DNA from: Oligoflexales bacterium
GTDB lineage: Bacteria > Bdellovibrionota_B > Oligoflexia > Oligoflexales > Bog-1112
DNA: 64,000 nt
Assembly: GCA_045105515.1 (NCBI GenBank)
Contig: JBGCDR010000034.1
Span: 3,888 to 67,887, forward strand
Direction: 5' to 3'
The position numbers and the translations under genes are program-made. This document shows positions 41,924 to 51,852 of the stretch, one piece after another (the first letter of the stretch is position 1; each line of letters begins with the position of its first letter). The notes beneath the pieces were generated by a model, which was not told the DNA's origin, did no database searches, and saw only the letters and a program-made list of their open reading frames with translations.

Positions 41924-41991
41924 TCCATGAGTCTCAATGCTTAACTTAATCATCTAATTGAGGTATGATGTAAGCTAGGAATCATCACCAC

Positions 41992-42408
41992 GTGGTTGTT
42001 GGAAGCATGCTATGGATTCGTTATTTATTCTTGGCGTTACCCCTTTTACTCGCATTTCTGTGGTCAAGTAAACCTGCACTCTATGCTCTTGCCGCTAGTT
42101 ACACTTTTGAACCTAAAGAGTACGCTTCCTTTGAATGGGAACAAAACGCCAGTCAACTAGACTTTGGTCGGAGTATCCAAAAACATTTTCGTAAATTTGA
42201 TATCTATATCCCATTGGATGATATCATGTACCGACCGCACAGTCCTACCTATCAAGAGAAACTATTTTTGCAACTTGATCAGGCCTGTGGTCATGGTAAT
42301 GTATATGTTTGGGTGCCACTGTATTTTAGGTTTCCATTGAAAGGAAATAAGGCTGTAGAATGGTGCTGGATACCACAACTCAAAATCGGGAAAAAATCAG
42401 ATCAATAA
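41992..42408 (+). CDS. Hypothetical membrane-anchored protein
   Basis: ORF with N-terminal hydrophobic segment, same orientation as neighbours. Confidence 0.6.
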   Translation: MVVGSMLWIRYLFLALPLLLAFLWSSKPALYALAASYTFEPKEYASFEWEQNASQLDFGRSIQKHFRKFDIYIPLDDIMYRPHSPTYQEKLFLQLDQACGHGNVYVWVPLYFRFPLKGNKAVEWCWIPQLKIGKKSDQ

Positions 42409-43175
42409 AATCGGAACCAACTCGATTCTCTAATTTTGGAGATATTTCAAGCGTTTCTGGGTCTAAGATGATTGACCCTATTGATCATTTGAAAAGCTCT
42501 CAAGATATTTCCGTTCCCGAAATGATTGAAGGAATTATCCAATGGACTCAAAATCAATATGGAACAGAAGAATTTGTAAACGCGAAGAAAGAGTTTCATG
42601 CATTAACTGGAAGAGTTTTTCCAGACGAACACTCTTACCACCAAAGGATGTCATACTTTTTAGACTTCTTTACTTTTCAAAGACCTATCCAAGGTGAGCT
42701 TCGTGAAAATGATGAGGGCTTTACCCCTTTTTCTAACTTTTTAGATTCCCAATTTTTTGACCATGATAGGCAACTTAGTTCACTTAAGCAAAGATTCACC
42801 GATCTTGGAAATTTCAAACACTCATTGTTTATGATCCTTAAGGTAAGCAAATATAAGATGGTGTTAAGGGATCTTTTCGATAAAGAAAAAATAGAATTTG
42901 GTAAAAACCACCATTTTATTTTCAATGGCTTTGCCTATGGAGCCATCTTTCAGGGGTTCATCTTTCGCTTAACATCTTCACCCCATATATCTCAAGGAGT
43001 AATCCTCCACCCACCCAACGTTTCCAGAATTATAAGAAAATCTGTCAGATTACTAAAAAAAGATCAAAATCCTGATAAGTTAAAGCTTATGTCTAGACTC
43101 GCAAAACAGCATCTAAACTTTGTCAGACAAAGATTTGGAGACAGTAAGAAAATTTATACCCAGCTTCCTAGATGA
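42360..43175 (+). CDS. Hypothetical protein
   Basis: 271-aa ORF upstream of pilB; start uncertain. Confidence 0.7.
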   Translation: MVLDTTTQNREKIRSIKSEPTRFSNFGDISSVSGSKMIDPIDHLKSSQDISVPEMIEGIIQWTQNQYGTEEFVNAKKEFHALTGRVFPDEHSYHQRMSYFLDFFTFQRPIQGELRENDEGFTPFSNFLDSQFFDHDRQLSSLKQRFTDLGNFKHSLFMILKVSKYKMVLRDLFDKEKIEFGKNHHFIFNGFAYGAIFQGFIFRLTSSPHISQGVILHPPNVSRIIRKSVRLLKKDQNPDKLKLMSRLAKQHLNFVRQRFGDSKKIYTQLPR

Positions 43176-43186
43176 GACCTCTTCCC

Positions 43187-43213
43187 TAAATTTTTTCATG
43201 TAATTTCCGATCA
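43187..43213 (+). promoter_or_regulatory. Candidate sigma28 (FliA)-type promoter of pilB-pilT-pilC
   Basis: TAAA-N15-TCCGATCA, followed by hairpin AGCGAC-AT-GGGAT-GC-ATCCC-GTCGCT (43221-43246). Confidence 0.55.
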
Positions 43214-43283
43214 CAAGCATAGCGACATGGGATGCATCCCGTCGCTGATTTAAATTGTGAAATAAGTTAAGGCACCTGTTTCA

Positions 43284-44990
43284 ATGGCAGACCTGCAAAA
43301 AATGCTGGAAAAAGAAGGTAACTTTTCTGCGGAACAATTCAATAAAGCAATGGGAGAATCTAAAAAGCACCGCATCTCCATCATGCATGCTATCGAAGAA
43401 ACAAAAGCAATCAAGGAAAGTATATTGCTTGATATCTTTTCTAGATTTTTTAAGGTACCAAAGGTTCAATTGGGCACTATGGACATTCCAAAATCCATCA
43501 CAGACCTGATTCCAAAGGATCTAGCAACTAAGTACCGAGTCATTCCTATAGACCGAGTCGGAAACAATATCATAGTAGCAATGGGTGACCCTAGAAATAA
43601 AAAGGCTGTAGATGCCATTCGCTTAAAAGCGGGATATTTTCCAAAGCCAGTTTTAGCTTCTGAAATACAAATCACTGATGCGATAAAAAAATACTACTCA
43701 AATATGAGGATGGATTTAACTGGTTTTACTGCACCTGAACTGGTTACAAAAAAAGGTTCTTCAGCTGGCAGAAGGGTCATCGGGACAGGTATTTCTGACA
43801 AAGAAGACGGGCCTATCGTTAAACTCGTCAACGATATCATAATGCAGTGTGTCTCAAGAGGTGCATCGGATATTCATATAGAAGTCTATGAAGAGTATAT
43901 GCGTATACGTTTACGTATTGATGGATCCCTATTTGAAATTGCTAGGCCACCAATAAATATGAAGGGACCATTAATATCACGAATTAAGATCATGTCAGGC
44001 CTCAATATAGCTGAAACCCGCTTACCCCAAGATGGTGCTATTAATGTTCAGATCGGTAACAAGCCAGTCGACTTTCGGGTTAACACTCTGCCAACCTCTT
44101 ATGGTGAAAAGATCGTTATGCGAATTCTCGATAAATCTAACTTACAAGTAGATATGCGACAACTTGGATTCGAAGCTGATCAGCTAAAAGGATTCAAAAA
44201 TGCAATCAATAACCCCTATGGAATGGTACTTGTTACTGGGCCAACTGGTTCAGGTAAGACCACCACATTGTATTCGGCACTCCAGGAACTAAATCGAGAA
44301 GAGTTTAATATAATGACAGCTGAAGACCCCGTGGAGTACAACCTCACAGGAATCAATCAGGTACAGACTAAAACTGATATTGGATTAAATTTTGCTGCAG
44401 CACTACGTGCCTTTCTCAGACAAGACCCTGACATCATCATGGTTGGAGAGATTCGTGATTTAGAAACTGCTGAAATCGCAATGAAGGCAGCATTAACAGG
44501 CCACATGGTTTTATCCACTTTGCACACCAACAGTGCTTCTGACACAGTCTCCAGATTGCTAAATATGGGGGTAGCAGCATTCAACGTGGTAGCAGCATTA
44601 AACTGTGTCACAGCACAAAGACTTATGAAAAAAATCTGCAGTCGCTGTAAATTTCCGGATCCCGAAGTAACTCCTCAAGCATTAATGGACCTAGGTATTC
44701 ATGAATCCTATGTAAATAAAATTCAAGTTCTTAAAGGAAGAGGATGCGGAGCATGCGGACAAACCGGCGCTAAAGGTAGGGTTGCTGTGCACGAAGTTCT
44801 TCTTATGAACGATGCAGTTAAACGCAGCATTTTAAAAGGTGATCCTGCTATCGATATTAAAAAAGTAGCCATGTCAACAGGTATGCGAACCCTTAGGCAA
44901 TCCGCTCTCACCAAGATGGCAAATGGAATCGTTACAGCCCAAGAGGTGATAAAAGCAACATCAGCAGACACTGACAGTACCATGTCTTAA
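43284..44990 (+). CDS. pilB: Type IV pilus assembly ATPase
   Basis: ASDIHIE, RLPQDG, GPTGSGKTTTLY, LRQDPD, tetracysteine motif. Confidence 0.95.
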   Translation: MADLQKMLEKEGNFSAEQFNKAMGESKKHRISIMHAIEETKAIKESILLDIFSRFFKVPKVQLGTMDIPKSITDLIPKDLATKYRVIPIDRVGNNIIVAMGDPRNKKAVDAIRLKAGYFPKPVLASEIQITDAIKKYYSNMRMDLTGFTAPELVTKKGSSAGRRVIGTGISDKEDGPIVKLVNDIIMQCVSRGASDIHIEVYEEYMRIRLRIDGSLFEIARPPINMKGPLISRIKIMSGLNIAETRLPQDGAINVQIGNKPVDFRVNTLPTSYGEKIVMRILDKSNLQVDMRQLGFEADQLKGFKNAINNPYGMVLVTGPTGSGKTTTLYSALQELNREEFNIMTAEDPVEYNLTGINQVQTKTDIGLNFAAALRAFLRQDPDIIMVGEIRDLETAEIAMKAALTGHMVLSTLHTNSASDTVSRLLNMGVAAFNVVAALNCVTAQRLMKKICSRCKFPDPEVTPQALMDLGIHESYVNKIQVLKGRGCGACGQTGAKGRVAVHEVLLMNDAVKRSILKGDPAIDIKKVAMSTGMRTLRQSALTKMANGIVTAQEVIKATSADTDSTMS

Positions 44991-44999
44991 GGAGTAGGA

Positions 45000-46130
45000 A
45001 TGAGTACCCGTACACGTTCAACAGAGTTAAATTATTCTTTACCACAGCTACTGAAAGCCTTGTTGGACCAAAATGGAAGCGATCTGCATATCACTTCTAA
45101 CTCTCCGCCTAGACTCCGAATCAATGGACTACTATTACCCCTAGATCTTCCGCAATTAACAGCTGATCAGACTATGTTGCTTTGTTATTCAATTCTGACC
45201 GAAGAACAAAAAAAGATCTTTGAAGGAAACAAAGAAATTGACCTTTCTTTTAGCATCAAAGGCTTGTGCCGGTTTCGTGCCAATATTTTCCATCAGAGAG
45301 GGAGCGTTGGAGGAGTATTTCGGATGATTCCTACACGTGTCCCAGATTTTAAAGAGCTTGGATTGCCTCACTATATTGAAGAATTTTGCAAGATGCCAAG
45401 AGGCTTAGTTTTGGTGACTGGACCAACAGGCTCAGGAAAATCAACTACACTCGCAACCATGATTGACAACATTAATAATAAGTACCAAAAACATATCGTT
45501 ACCATCGAAGATCCCATCGAATTTATACATAAAAACAAACACTCAATCGTTAACCAAAGAGAATTAGGTAGTGATACAGATAGCTTTTCTAAAGCTCTTA
45601 AAAGCTGTTTAAGACAAGACCCAGATGTTGTTTTAGTCGGTGAGTTAAGAGATCTCGAGACTATTTCCCTTGCTATAACTACCGCTGAAACTGGTCATTT
45701 GGTCTTTGGCACCCTTCACACCAATTCTTGCGTTTCAAGCATCAACCGGATTATTGATGCATTCCCAGCACACCAACAGTCTCAGATTAGAACGCAACTT
45801 TCTTTTACCCTTATGGGTGTTATGTCTCAGCTTCTGATTCCATCAATAAATGGAAAGCGCGTTGCATGCATAGAGATGATGGCACCAAACTCCGCCATCC
45901 GAGCATTAATTAGAGACAATAAAATTCATCAGATTTACTCTGCAATGCAAATTGGCCAGGAGAACTCACATATGCGGACGATGAATCAAGCTTTACTTGA
46001 TCTCGTTGCCGTTCGAAAAATCAATGATAAAACCGCCTTGGGGATTGCACAGGACCCCATAGAGGTGGCTGAATTACTAAACAAATACTATGGAAGAGTC
46101 GGAACCTCAGGCAAACCAAACAGGAGATAA
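45000..46130 (+). CDS. pilT: Type IV pilus retraction ATPase
   Basis: SDLH, GPTGSGKSTTLA, TIEDPIE, AETGHLVFGTLHT, AIRALIR. Confidence 0.95.
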   Translation: MSTRTRSTELNYSLPQLLKALLDQNGSDLHITSNSPPRLRINGLLLPLDLPQLTADQTMLLCYSILTEEQKKIFEGNKEIDLSFSIKGLCRFRANIFHQRGSVGGVFRMIPTRVPDFKELGLPHYIEEFCKMPRGLVLVTGPTGSGKSTTLATMIDNINNKYQKHIVTIEDPIEFIHKNKHSIVNQRELGSDTDSFSKALKSCLRQDPDVVLVGELRDLETISLAITTAETGHLVFGTLHTNSCVSSINRIIDAFPAHQQSQIRTQLSFTLMGVMSQLLIPSINGKRVACIEMMAPNSAIRALIRDNKIHQIYSAMQIGQENSHMRTMNQALLDLVAVRKINDKTALGIAQDPIEVAELLNKYYGRVGTSGKPNRR

Positions 46131-46141
46131 AATAGTAAGCT

Positions 46142-47410
46142 ATGCCGGTATATTCTTTTAGAGCTAAGAACTCCAGAGGTAAGATCAACACAGGGACCAT
46201 CGAAGCTCCCTCAAAAGCTGAAGCAAAGTCCCAACTTTCAAGACGCCGCTTCCAAGTTCTCTCCCTAAAGTTGAAGTCGGGAGGCGGTGGCGAGGCTGAT
46301 GGAGAAGAGACCCCTATACTCGGGGAGTTCATATACAAAGATGCTAATGGCAACGTTCAGATTGCTCTTGGTAACCAAAACCCTACTACTAAAGAGCTCA
46401 TTGTCTTCACAAAACAGTTTTCAACTATGCTCAACAGTGGGGTTCCTATGATTCAAGCCTTAGGTATACTCGCTAAACAGCAGCAATCCAGAGTTTTTCG
46501 CAGGGCGCTGAGAAGCGTACAAACTATCGTTGAAAATGGCTCAACCTTATCTGACGCTTTAAGTACATTTCCAAAAATTTTCGATACCCTATTTGTCGCA
46601 ATGGTAGAAGCTGGGGAAGCGAGTGGCAACCTCGACACTATCCTGATAAAACTAGTAACCTACATCGAAAAAGCAGATAAAATAAAAAGCCAGATTAAGT
46701 CTGCGATGATGTATCCCATGATTGTCGTTATAGTTGCAATCGGCGTAATAGCAGGACTTTTAGCCTTCGTTGTACCATCCTTTGCTCAGCAGTATTCAGA
46801 TACAGGTCGAGAGCTACCATGGTTAACCCAAACGGTAATCGATTTTTCCGACGACTTTACCGAAAATTGGTACCTTTACTTAGGATCCTTGTTTGGTGCT
46901 GTTGTGGGCATAAACCTTTGGATACAAACAGACAACGGTAGGAAACACTTTGATTCATTTATTTTGAAAGCTCCAGGGATTGGAATATTATTAAAAAAGA
47001 TAGCCGTGGGACGTTTTTGCTCAACCATGTCATCAATGCTTACCTCAGGGGTAAACCTCCTTGAAGCCTTAAGCATTTGCGCATCTTCTTCTGGCAACAA
47101 AACTATCGAGATTTTCATATTGACCGTTCGAGCAGGTTTGGAAAAAGGAGCAACTTTTTCTGACTCCTTAAGTCAAGGCACCCTGTTTCCAGAAATGGTG
47201 ATTTCTATGGTCACAGTGGGTGAGTCCACTGGTGCGCTTGACGATATGCTAACCAAGGTCAGCGATTTCTATGAAGAAGAGGTTGATCTTGCCGTTCAAA
47301 CACTATTGTCAATGATCGAGCCCATAATGATCGTCTTTATTGGTGGACTGGTTGGTTTTATTGTAATCGCTATGTACCTTCCAGTATTTGAAATGGCTGG
47401 TGGCGTATAA
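46142..47410 (+). CDS. pilC: Type IV pilus inner-membrane platform protein
   Basis: T2SSF repeats AGEASGNLD, GESTGALD, AMYLPVF. Confidence 0.95.
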   Translation: MPVYSFRAKNSRGKINTGTIEAPSKAEAKSQLSRRRFQVLSLKLKSGGGGEADGEETPILGEFIYKDANGNVQIALGNQNPTTKELIVFTKQFSTMLNSGVPMIQALGILAKQQQSRVFRRALRSVQTIVENGSTLSDALSTFPKIFDTLFVAMVEAGEASGNLDTILIKLVTYIEKADKIKSQIKSAMMYPMIVVIVAIGVIAGLLAFVVPSFAQQYSDTGRELPWLTQTVIDFSDDFTENWYLYLGSLFGAVVGINLWIQTDNGRKHFDSFILKAPGIGILLKKIAVGRFCSTMSSMLTSGVNLLEALSICASSSGNKTIEIFILTVRAGLEKGATFSDSLSQGTLFPEMVISMVTVGESTGALDDMLTKVSDFYEEEVDLAVQTLLSMIEPIMIVFIGGLVGFIVIAMYLPVFEMAGGV

Positions 47411-47411
47411 G

Positions 47412-47882
47412 CTATGCCACAAAAGCTATATAGTAAAAAACCCAACCACTAATTGCAGCCCCCAGCATTCCAAGAGAGGCCAAACGCCCTAAAAATTTAT
47501 GATTTTTACTATAATCATTCGGCCTTACGGGCTTTTCAAAATTTTTTAATGCTCCAAAAATACCCCCCCCCCAGAGCAAGACAGTGGTAACTGCAAAAAT
47601 AAGATGAATCACCAAGGACGGATAGAGAAGAGTCTGATAGAAAGGAGAAATCTTGGCAGATTCTTGCCAGTTACTAAAACGTACTTCAAACTCAAAACAC
47701 ACAACTGTGATCAACAAGATACTAGCAAGCCCCAACTGCCACTTTTTATGGAATTCGTAGCTCTTTTTGAAGTGCACCTTGTAAACACCAAATCCAATCG
47801 CTGGCAGAACTAGGAGCATAGCGACGCAGACAAAGTCCATCATAAAAAAAGACCGATCGCTAAAAGGCAAAAATCCTGGCAT
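47412..47882 (-). CDS. DUF420-family membrane protein
   Basis: Four TM segments with conserved His (HKKWQ, IHL, HKFLGR). Confidence 0.7.
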   Translation of the reverse strand: MPGFLPFSDRSFFMMDFVCVAMLLVLPAIGFGVYKVHFKKSYEFHKKWQLGLASILLITVVCFEFEVRFSNWQESAKISPFYQTLLYPSLVIHLIFAVTTVLLWGGGIFGALKNFEKPVRPNDYSKNHKFLGRLASLGMLGAAISGWVFYYIAFVA

Positions 47883-47891
47883 ACTAAGGTC

Positions 47892-48929
47892 CTACGAGTA
47901 AATCTTATTTTCCTGCTCACGCACCTGAATAAAGGTCGTACGCTTAGAAAGTTCTTTTAGCTTACTTGCTCCGACATAGGTGCATGTAGAGCGCACACCA
48001 CCCAAAATATCTTTTATGGTCACCAAAACTTCTCCGCGGTAAGGAACACGGACCACCTTACCTTCAGAAGCTCGGTAATCAGCAACACCGCCACTATGTT
48101 TTTTCATCGCTGCAGCAGAACTCATTCCATAGAATTCCATTAGCTGCTCACCATTTTCTTCTATTTTTTCACCCTCACCCTCATCATGTCCAGCAAGCAT
48201 CCCTCCCAACATAACGAAATCCGCCCCTGCACCAAATGCTTTGGCTATATCACCTGAACAGGTGCAGCCTCCATCGGAAATTACATGCCCTTTTAATCCA
48301 TGGGCAGCGTCGGCACATTCGATGATAGCCGATAACTGCGGATAGCCAACCCCAGTTTTAACACGGGTCGTGCAGACACTTCCGGGGCCAATACCAACTT
48401 TCACAATATCAGCACCGGCTAAAATAAGCTCTTCGACCATCTCCCCGGTAACTACATTTCCAGCAATGATGGTTTTATCAGGGTAATCTTCGCGCACTTT
48501 TTTTAGAAAATCTACAAAGTACTCAGTATAACCATTTGCCACATCAATACAGATAAATTGCAAAGAAGGAGCAACTTGCAAAATTTGCTTCATCTTTTCA
48601 AAATCTGCATTACTAATCCCGGTGCTTACACAGATATAATTTAGTGCATCAAGGCCTGTCTGCGTACTAAATTCCTTCCACTGCAGAGCGGTATAGTGCT
48701 TATGAACTGCTACCATTATCTGATATTCTGATAGCACTTTTGCCATCGCAAAAGTTCCTACAGAGTCCATATTTGCAGCTATGATTGGTACTCCTGACCA
48801 TTCGAATCGACTATGACGGAAGGTATAGTCCCTTACCAAAGAAACTTCAGAACGACTTTTTAATGTGGATCTCTTTGGGCGGATCAAAACATCTTTAAAA
48901 CCAATTTTTAATTCAGATTCTATGCGCAT
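47892..48929 (-). CDS. guaC: GMP reductase
   Basis: [37 protein letters not shown]; no CBS domains. Confidence 0.97.
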   Translation of the reverse strand: MRIESELKIGFKDVLIRPKRSTLKSRSEVSLVRDYTFRHSRFEWSGVPIIAANMDSVGTFAMAKVLSEYQIMVAVHKHYTALQWKEFSTQTGLDALNYICVSTGISNADFEKMKQILQVAPSLQFICIDVANGYTEYFVDFLKKVREDYPDKTIIAGNVVTGEMVEELILAGADIVKVGIGPGSVCTTRVKTGVGYPQLSAIIECADAAHGLKGHVISDGGCTCSGDIAKAFGAGADFVMLGGMLAGHDEGEGEKIEENGEQLMEFYGMSSAAAMKKHSGGVADYRASEGKVVRVPYRGEVLVTIKDILGGVRSTCTYVGASKLKELSKRTTFIQVREQENKIYS

Positions 48930-49131
48930 GATTTATCTCTTCTGTATGACTGGGAAGTTCTTAAGCATATTGCTCCTGCATTAGAACAAAAGCACATAAC
49001 TGGACAACAATTACCGCGAGATAATTAATTTTTCTATGTTTTTGAATTTTTATAAAAAGACTGTTTGAGGCAAATTGACTATGGAGAAAAAAAACTCTGT
49101 CTATCTACTTGCAGATAAATCTGAAGAAAAG

Positions 49132-49218
49132 TGGTGCGAAGAGAGGGACTTGAACCCTCACCCCGTTGCCAGGACTAGGCCCTCAACCTAGCGCGTCTAC
49201 CAATTTCGCCACCTTCGC
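49132..49218 (-). tRNA. tRNA-Leu(GAG)
   Basis: GCGAAGGTGGCGAAATTGGTAGACGCG...CTAGG-TTGAGGG-CCTAG, long variable arm, GGTTCAAGTCC, CCA end. Confidence 0.97.
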
Positions 49219-49242
49219 ATAAGATATGTAAGCATTAGATGC

Positions 49243-49719
49243 TTATTTATTTTCTTGTTCTTGAGCTGGAACTTTACTCTCAGCAGCCGGAGTAGTTGTG
49301 GTTCCCTTATCACCAGCTGGCGCCTTTGATGCACCCTCTTGCGAGCCTGAAGCTTTATCCTCATCCTCACTACCCTCTGAATCTTGCTTGGCAGCTGGTG
49401 TTTCTTCAGTAGTTTTTGGCTCAGGATTTTGCTGTTGAGCTTTTTCTTCGTTGAGAGTTTTTAGCCTCTCACTCATACCTACATCACCACCTTTTCCCTG
49501 CATTATGGCTAGAGAAACGGAAGTGACCATAAAGATCATCGCTGCAGCGTAGGTTAATTTTCCTAAAAATGAAGTCGCCCCTGAAGCGCCAAACACTCCC
49601 TGAGAGTTACCACCGCCAAAAGCTGCGCCAATTCCACCTTGGTTACCGCCTTGAACAAGAACTACCAAGATCATAAACAGAGCAACAATAACATGAACTA
49701 TGGTTACCAATGTCTCCAT
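49243..49719 (-). CDS. secG: Preprotein translocase SecG
   Basis: VLVQ.G..GG.GAAFGGG...VFGA.GA..FL.KLT; followed by tRNA-Leu(GAG); ORF-track extension overlaps tRNA-Phe, so start set to ATG 49719. Confidence 0.95.
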   Translation of the reverse strand: METLVTIVHVIVALFMILVVLVQGGNQGGIGAAFGGGNSQGVFGASGATSFLGKLTYAAAMIFMVTSVSLAIMQGKGGDVGMSERLKTLNEEKAQQQNPEPKTTEETPAAKQDSEGSEDEDKASGSQEGASKAPAGDKGTTTTPAAESKVPAQEQENK

Positions 49720-49763
49720 ATGAACGACTTTCCTAACACCCGGAAGTGGATTAGATAAAAAGA

Positions 49764-49839
49764 TGGTGGCACCTCCCGGATTTGAACCGGGGACACGTGG
49801 ATTTTCAGTCCACTGCTCTACCAACTGAGCTAAAGCGCC
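49764..49839 (-). tRNA. tRNA-Phe(GAA)
   Basis: GGCGCTTTAGCTCAGTTGGTAGAGCAGTGGA-CTGAAAA-TCCAC...GGTTCAAATCC...CCA, 76 nt. Confidence 0.97.
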
Positions 49840-49858
49840 GTACCATGTAAGGGTTTTC

Positions 49859-49887
49859 TATTTACGACGAACCGGTATTTTCGTCAA
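49859..49887 (-). promoter_or_regulatory. Candidate sigma70 promoter for tRNA-Phe/secG/tRNA-Leu
   Basis: Minus strand TTGACG-N17-TAAATA about 20 bp upstream of tRNA-Phe. Confidence 0.45.
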
Positions 49888-50018
49888 TGATGATTATGCT
49901 TTTTTTCTAAAAAAAGATCTATAGATCATGGCACCTCTGAGTTCAAACTGGTATACATGATGCCAAGGCTTGTGCACATACAAGACCTAAGCATCTGATT
50001 TAATGGGAATGTATTTAA

Positions 50019-50858
50019 ATGACGCCTCTTTCAAAACCAATCATTATCGCCGGCCCTTGTATGGCGGAGTCGCCTGAGATCATGGAAACAGTAGCGGCTT
50101 GCCTTAGCAAGTTGGCTACTCGTCTTGGTTTTAGCTATTTCTTCAAAGCAAGCTTTGATAAGGCCAATCGTTCGTCAATTCACAGTTATCGTGGCCCTGG
50201 AATTCAAAAATCGCTCCCATGGTTCGAAGCCATAAAAAACAAATATGGCTGCAAATTGATAACTGATATCCATGAACCTCAGCAGGCTAGAGACGCTGGA
50301 GAGGTTTTTGACGCGCTGCAGATTCCTGCCTTTCTTTGTCGGCAGACAGACTTACTCGTTGCTGCCGTGGAAACAGGTAGGATGGTTAATATCAAAAAAG
50401 GGCAGTTTATGTCGCCTGGATCGATGCACAATATCGCAGAGAAGGTTCGGCAAACCTGTGAAAAAAATAGTTTGGAACTTAATGCCAGCCTCACTGAACG
50501 CGGAACTTCTTTTGGCTATGGTGATCTATTAGTAGATATGCGCGCCTTTCCCATGATGAATGATTTTGGGCTACCGCTTATTTTTGATGTGACTCACAGT
50601 ACTCAAATTCCTCCTACGGGCGATGCTCAGACTTCAGGGGCTAACCGTAAATTTGCTCCACTCCTGGCTCGAAGCGCTGCTGCAACCGGTTGCTTGAGCG
50701 GCTTTTTCATTGAGGTTCACCCTAGTCCTGCTGAAGCCAAAAGTGATGCAGCAGCTCAACTCAAGCTTGATCAGGCTGAGGCCCTTATTTCTCAGTTAGT
50801 TCCTATATGGAAAGAAGCTCAGAAGTGGCGAGAGCAGGATCAAATCTTCGAATCATAG
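50019..50858 (+). CDS. kdsA: KDO 8-phosphate synthase
   Basis: IAGPC, FKASFDKANRSS, QIPAFLCRQTDL, KKGQF, ERG, FDVTHS. Confidence 0.97.
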   Translation: MTPLSKPIIIAGPCMAESPEIMETVAACLSKLATRLGFSYFFKASFDKANRSSIHSYRGPGIQKSLPWFEAIKNKYGCKLITDIHEPQQARDAGEVFDALQIPAFLCRQTDLLVAAVETGRMVNIKKGQFMSPGSMHNIAEKVRQTCEKNSLELNASLTERGTSFGYGDLLVDMRAFPMMNDFGLPLIFDVTHSTQIPPTGDAQTSGANRKFAPLLARSAAATGCLSGFFIEVHPSPAEAKSDAAAQLKLDQAEALISQLVPIWKEAQKWREQDQIFES

Positions 50859-50959
50859 ATTGGACCCAAAGACAGTCGCGATACTACAATAGTCAAACCA
50901 AAAGGGAGCTCACGTTGCCATGCTAAGCTGTTAAACTTTGCGGTTAGCAATATCCTAAA

Positions 50960-50995
50960 AGATGCCTTAACCCTCACTTTGTTCGGAGGCATGCC
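50960..50995 (-). repeat. Distant copy of the REP-like palindromic repeat
   Basis: Minus strand GGCATGCCT-CCGAACAAAGTGAGGGTTA-AGGCATCT; stem ATGCCT/AGGCAT, between convergent genes. Confidence 0.45.
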
Positions 50996-51001
50996 ACTCT
51001 C

Positions 51002-51748
51002 TTAGGAAGCCTTAGGACTGCTATCATTATGCACATCACTGTCCTGAGATTTACCCTTTTTCTTTTTAAGAAAATTCGTAAGTTTCTTAGCAATCAGCGG
51101 AAATAGGCCCAAAAGAACAAATGAAAATAATAAAGTTGGAGAGAGAATCCCTTTAAGCGAGGTAATCTCAGCAATCTGGGTTCCAGCATTTACATACACC
51201 ACCGTTCCAGCAAACATTCCGAGCTGACTTACGAAGAAAAATATCGCTGTTTTAATGGGAGTTAATCCCATTGCAAGATTGATAACGAAAAAAGGAAAAA
51301 TTGGCACAAGCCGTAGAGTAAAAAGATAAAAAGCCCCTTCTTCCTCTACTCCCTTGTTAATCTTCTCTAACTTCTCGCCAAATTTTTCCTGAACCCAGTC
51401 CCTTAGTAAAAAACGCGCGGTTAAGAATGCAAGAGTAGCTCCAATGGTGCTTGCAAAGGAAACCATGATTGTCCCCATCATTAGCCCAAATAAAGCTCCC
51501 CCAGCTAGAGTCATCACAGCAGCTCCGGGAACGGATAAAGCTGTGATAGCTATATAAACACCCATGTAAGTTAAACTTGCAGTAAGAGTGTTTTCCGCAA
51601 TATAAGCTTTTAAGCTCTCACGCTGCTCTTTGAGGTAATCCAGGGTCAAGAATTTGTCTAAATCGAAATAAAAAAAAGCGATCAATGCAACTGCAACAAC
51701 TGCTACCAAGATGACCTTAATCATCGGTGATGATTTTGGTTTACTCAT
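51002..51748 (-). CDS. TVP38/TMEM64 (VTT/DedA) family membrane protein
   Basis: PGAAVMTLAGGALFG, LRLVPIFPF..INL. Confidence 0.92.
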   Translation of the reverse strand: MSKPKSSPMIKVILVAVVAVALIAFFYFDLDKFLTLDYLKEQRESLKAYIAENTLTASLTYMGVYIAITALSVPGAAVMTLAGGALFGLMMGTIMVSFASTIGATLAFLTARFLLRDWVQEKFGEKLEKINKGVEEEGAFYLFTLRLVPIFPFFVINLAMGLTPIKTAIFFFVSQLGMFAGTVVYVNAGTQIAEITSLKGILSPTLLFSFVLLGLFPLIAKKLTNFLKKKKGKSQDSDVHNDSSPKAS

Positions 51749-51852
51749 ATGTATTTCCTAAGCAAAGAATTATGAAAAAGGTATCCCTTTCATTTTAACT
51801 CAATTCTCTGCCAAGTGTGACCATACAGAATATCTGAAAGATTGGAGTAATA

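Noticed and set aside
48930-49131. Integrative element at the tRNA-Leu 3' end
   Set aside because: No integrase and no duplicated tRNA 3' end was seen in the window.
49720-49824. N-terminal extension of secG
   Set aside because: It overlaps tRNA-Phe; the real start is ATG 49719.
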